DNA from: Eledone cirrhosa
Taxonomy: Eukaryota
Direction: 5' to 3'
Assembly: GCA_964016885.1 (NCBI GenBank)
Contig: OZ024744.1
Coordinates: 5,022,001 to 5,086,000 of the forward strand
Length of the DNA stretch: 64,000 nucleotides
Shown: positions 63,231 through 64,000 of the stretch, in pieces
How the letters are laid out: every line of letters starts with the position of its first letter
Numbering within the stretch: the first letter of the stretch is position 1
Position numbers and translations under genes: made by a program
The notes under the pieces: generated by a model
What the model was told of the DNA's origin: nothing
Seen by the model: the letters and a program-made list of their open reading frames with translations, nothing else
Databases searched by the model: none

Positions 63231-64000
63231 GGTAGGCAGTGGTGTTGGTAGCAGAGGTCTATGTTGGTAGACAGTGGTGTTGGTAACAGAGGTCTATCTT
63301 GGTAGACAGTGGTGTTGGAAGCAGAGGTCTATCTTGGTAGACAGTGGTGTTGGTAGCAGAGGTCTATCTTGGTAGACAGTGTTATTGGTAGCAGAGGTCT
63401 ATCTTGGTAGACAGTGGTGTTGGTAACAGAGGTCTATCTTGGTAGACAGTGGTGTTGGTAGCAGAAGTATATCTTGGTAGACAGTGATGTTAGTAGAATA
63501 GGTCTATGTTGGTAGAAAGTGAGGTTGGTAGCAGAGGTCTATCTTGGTAGACAGTGGTGTTGGTAGCAGAGGTTTATATTGGTAGACAGTGGTGTTGGTA
63601 GCAGAGGTCTATCTTGGTAGACATTGAGGTTGGTAGCAGAGGTCTATCTTGGTAGACAGTGGTGTTGGTAGCAGAGGTCTATGTTGGTAGACAGTGGTGT
63701 TGGTAGCAGAGGTCTATCTTGGTAGACAGTGGTGTTGGTAGCAGAGGTCTATATTGGTAGACAGTGGTGTTGGTAGCAGAGGTCTATCTTGGTAGACAGT
63801 GAGGTTGGTAGCAGAGGTCTATCTTGGTAGACAGTGAGGTTGGTAGCAGAGGTCTATCTTGGTAGATAGTGGTGTTGGTAGCAGAGGTCTATGTTGGTAG
63901 ACAGTGAGGTTGGTAGCAGAGGTCTATCTTGGTAGACAGTGAGGGTGGTAGTAGAGGTCTATCTTGGTAGACAGTGGTGTTGGTAGCAGAGGTCTATGTT

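Larger units (their letters stand above)
1..64000. repeat. Tandem satellite/minisatellite array, 35-bp monomer GTCTATCTTGGTAGACAGTGGTGTTGGTAGCAGAG, ~1,830 head-to-tail copies, open at both window ends
   Basis: A consensus monomer is at 421-455 and the next starts at 456. The register recurs every 420 bp (12 x 35; positions 1, 421, 841). Most monomers differ from consensus by 0-2 substitutions, with occasional 1-bp deletions shifting the register. I saw no non-repeat sequence or orientation switch. Confidence 0.99.

Noticed and set aside
1-64000. CRISPR array (35-bp repeat length; TCTA..GTAGA stem loosely resembling Cas12a-type repeat stems)
   Set aside because: The repeats are directly head-to-tail with no unique spacers, no leader and no cas genes in 64 kb.
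1-64000. Telomerase-synthesised telomeric tract (G/T-rich strand, GGTGT and TTGG motifs, loose resemblance to long budding-yeast telomere repeats)
   Set aside because: No canonical telomere motif is present. Variant patterns copied over many kilobases indicate recombination or replication-based amplification, not templated addition. A subtelomeric location remains possible but cannot be shown here.
1-64000. Plus-strand coding or embedded mobile elements
   Set aside because: The plus strand has two TAG triplets per monomer cycling through all frames. I saw no non-repeat insert, terminal repeat or inversion anywhere.

Overview
The whole 64 kb is one uninterrupted, single-orientation tandem array (satellite/large minisatellite) of a 35-bp monomer, consensus GTCTATCTTGGTAGACAGTGGTGTTGGTAGCAGAG, in about 1,830 copies (64000/35). 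I see no unique sequence, transposon, RNA gene, CRISPR spacer or credible protein-coding gene; the two 91-aa ORFs are by-products of the repeat. The information lies in the order of variant monomers, which shows nested duplication. There are reused cassettes of 5-40 monomers, local 175/595/1330-bp duplications, a near-identical 7,102-bp-offset duplication with a templated junction, an irregular ~8.5-10 kb higher-order unit in four copies, and a ~7.9-kb duplication with a distinct variant set at the right end. The monomer is itself a diverged 16+19-bp dimer, strongly G/T-skewed and CpG-free, with a short dyad (GTCTA-N6-TAGAC) and exactly four GG runs. It is most likely eukaryotic heterochromatic, subtelomeric or centromeric DNA, but neither host nor function can be determined from the sequence. 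I found no evidence for a new gene system. All offsets were read by eye from marker variants, and block boundaries are approximate to within 1-2 monomers.
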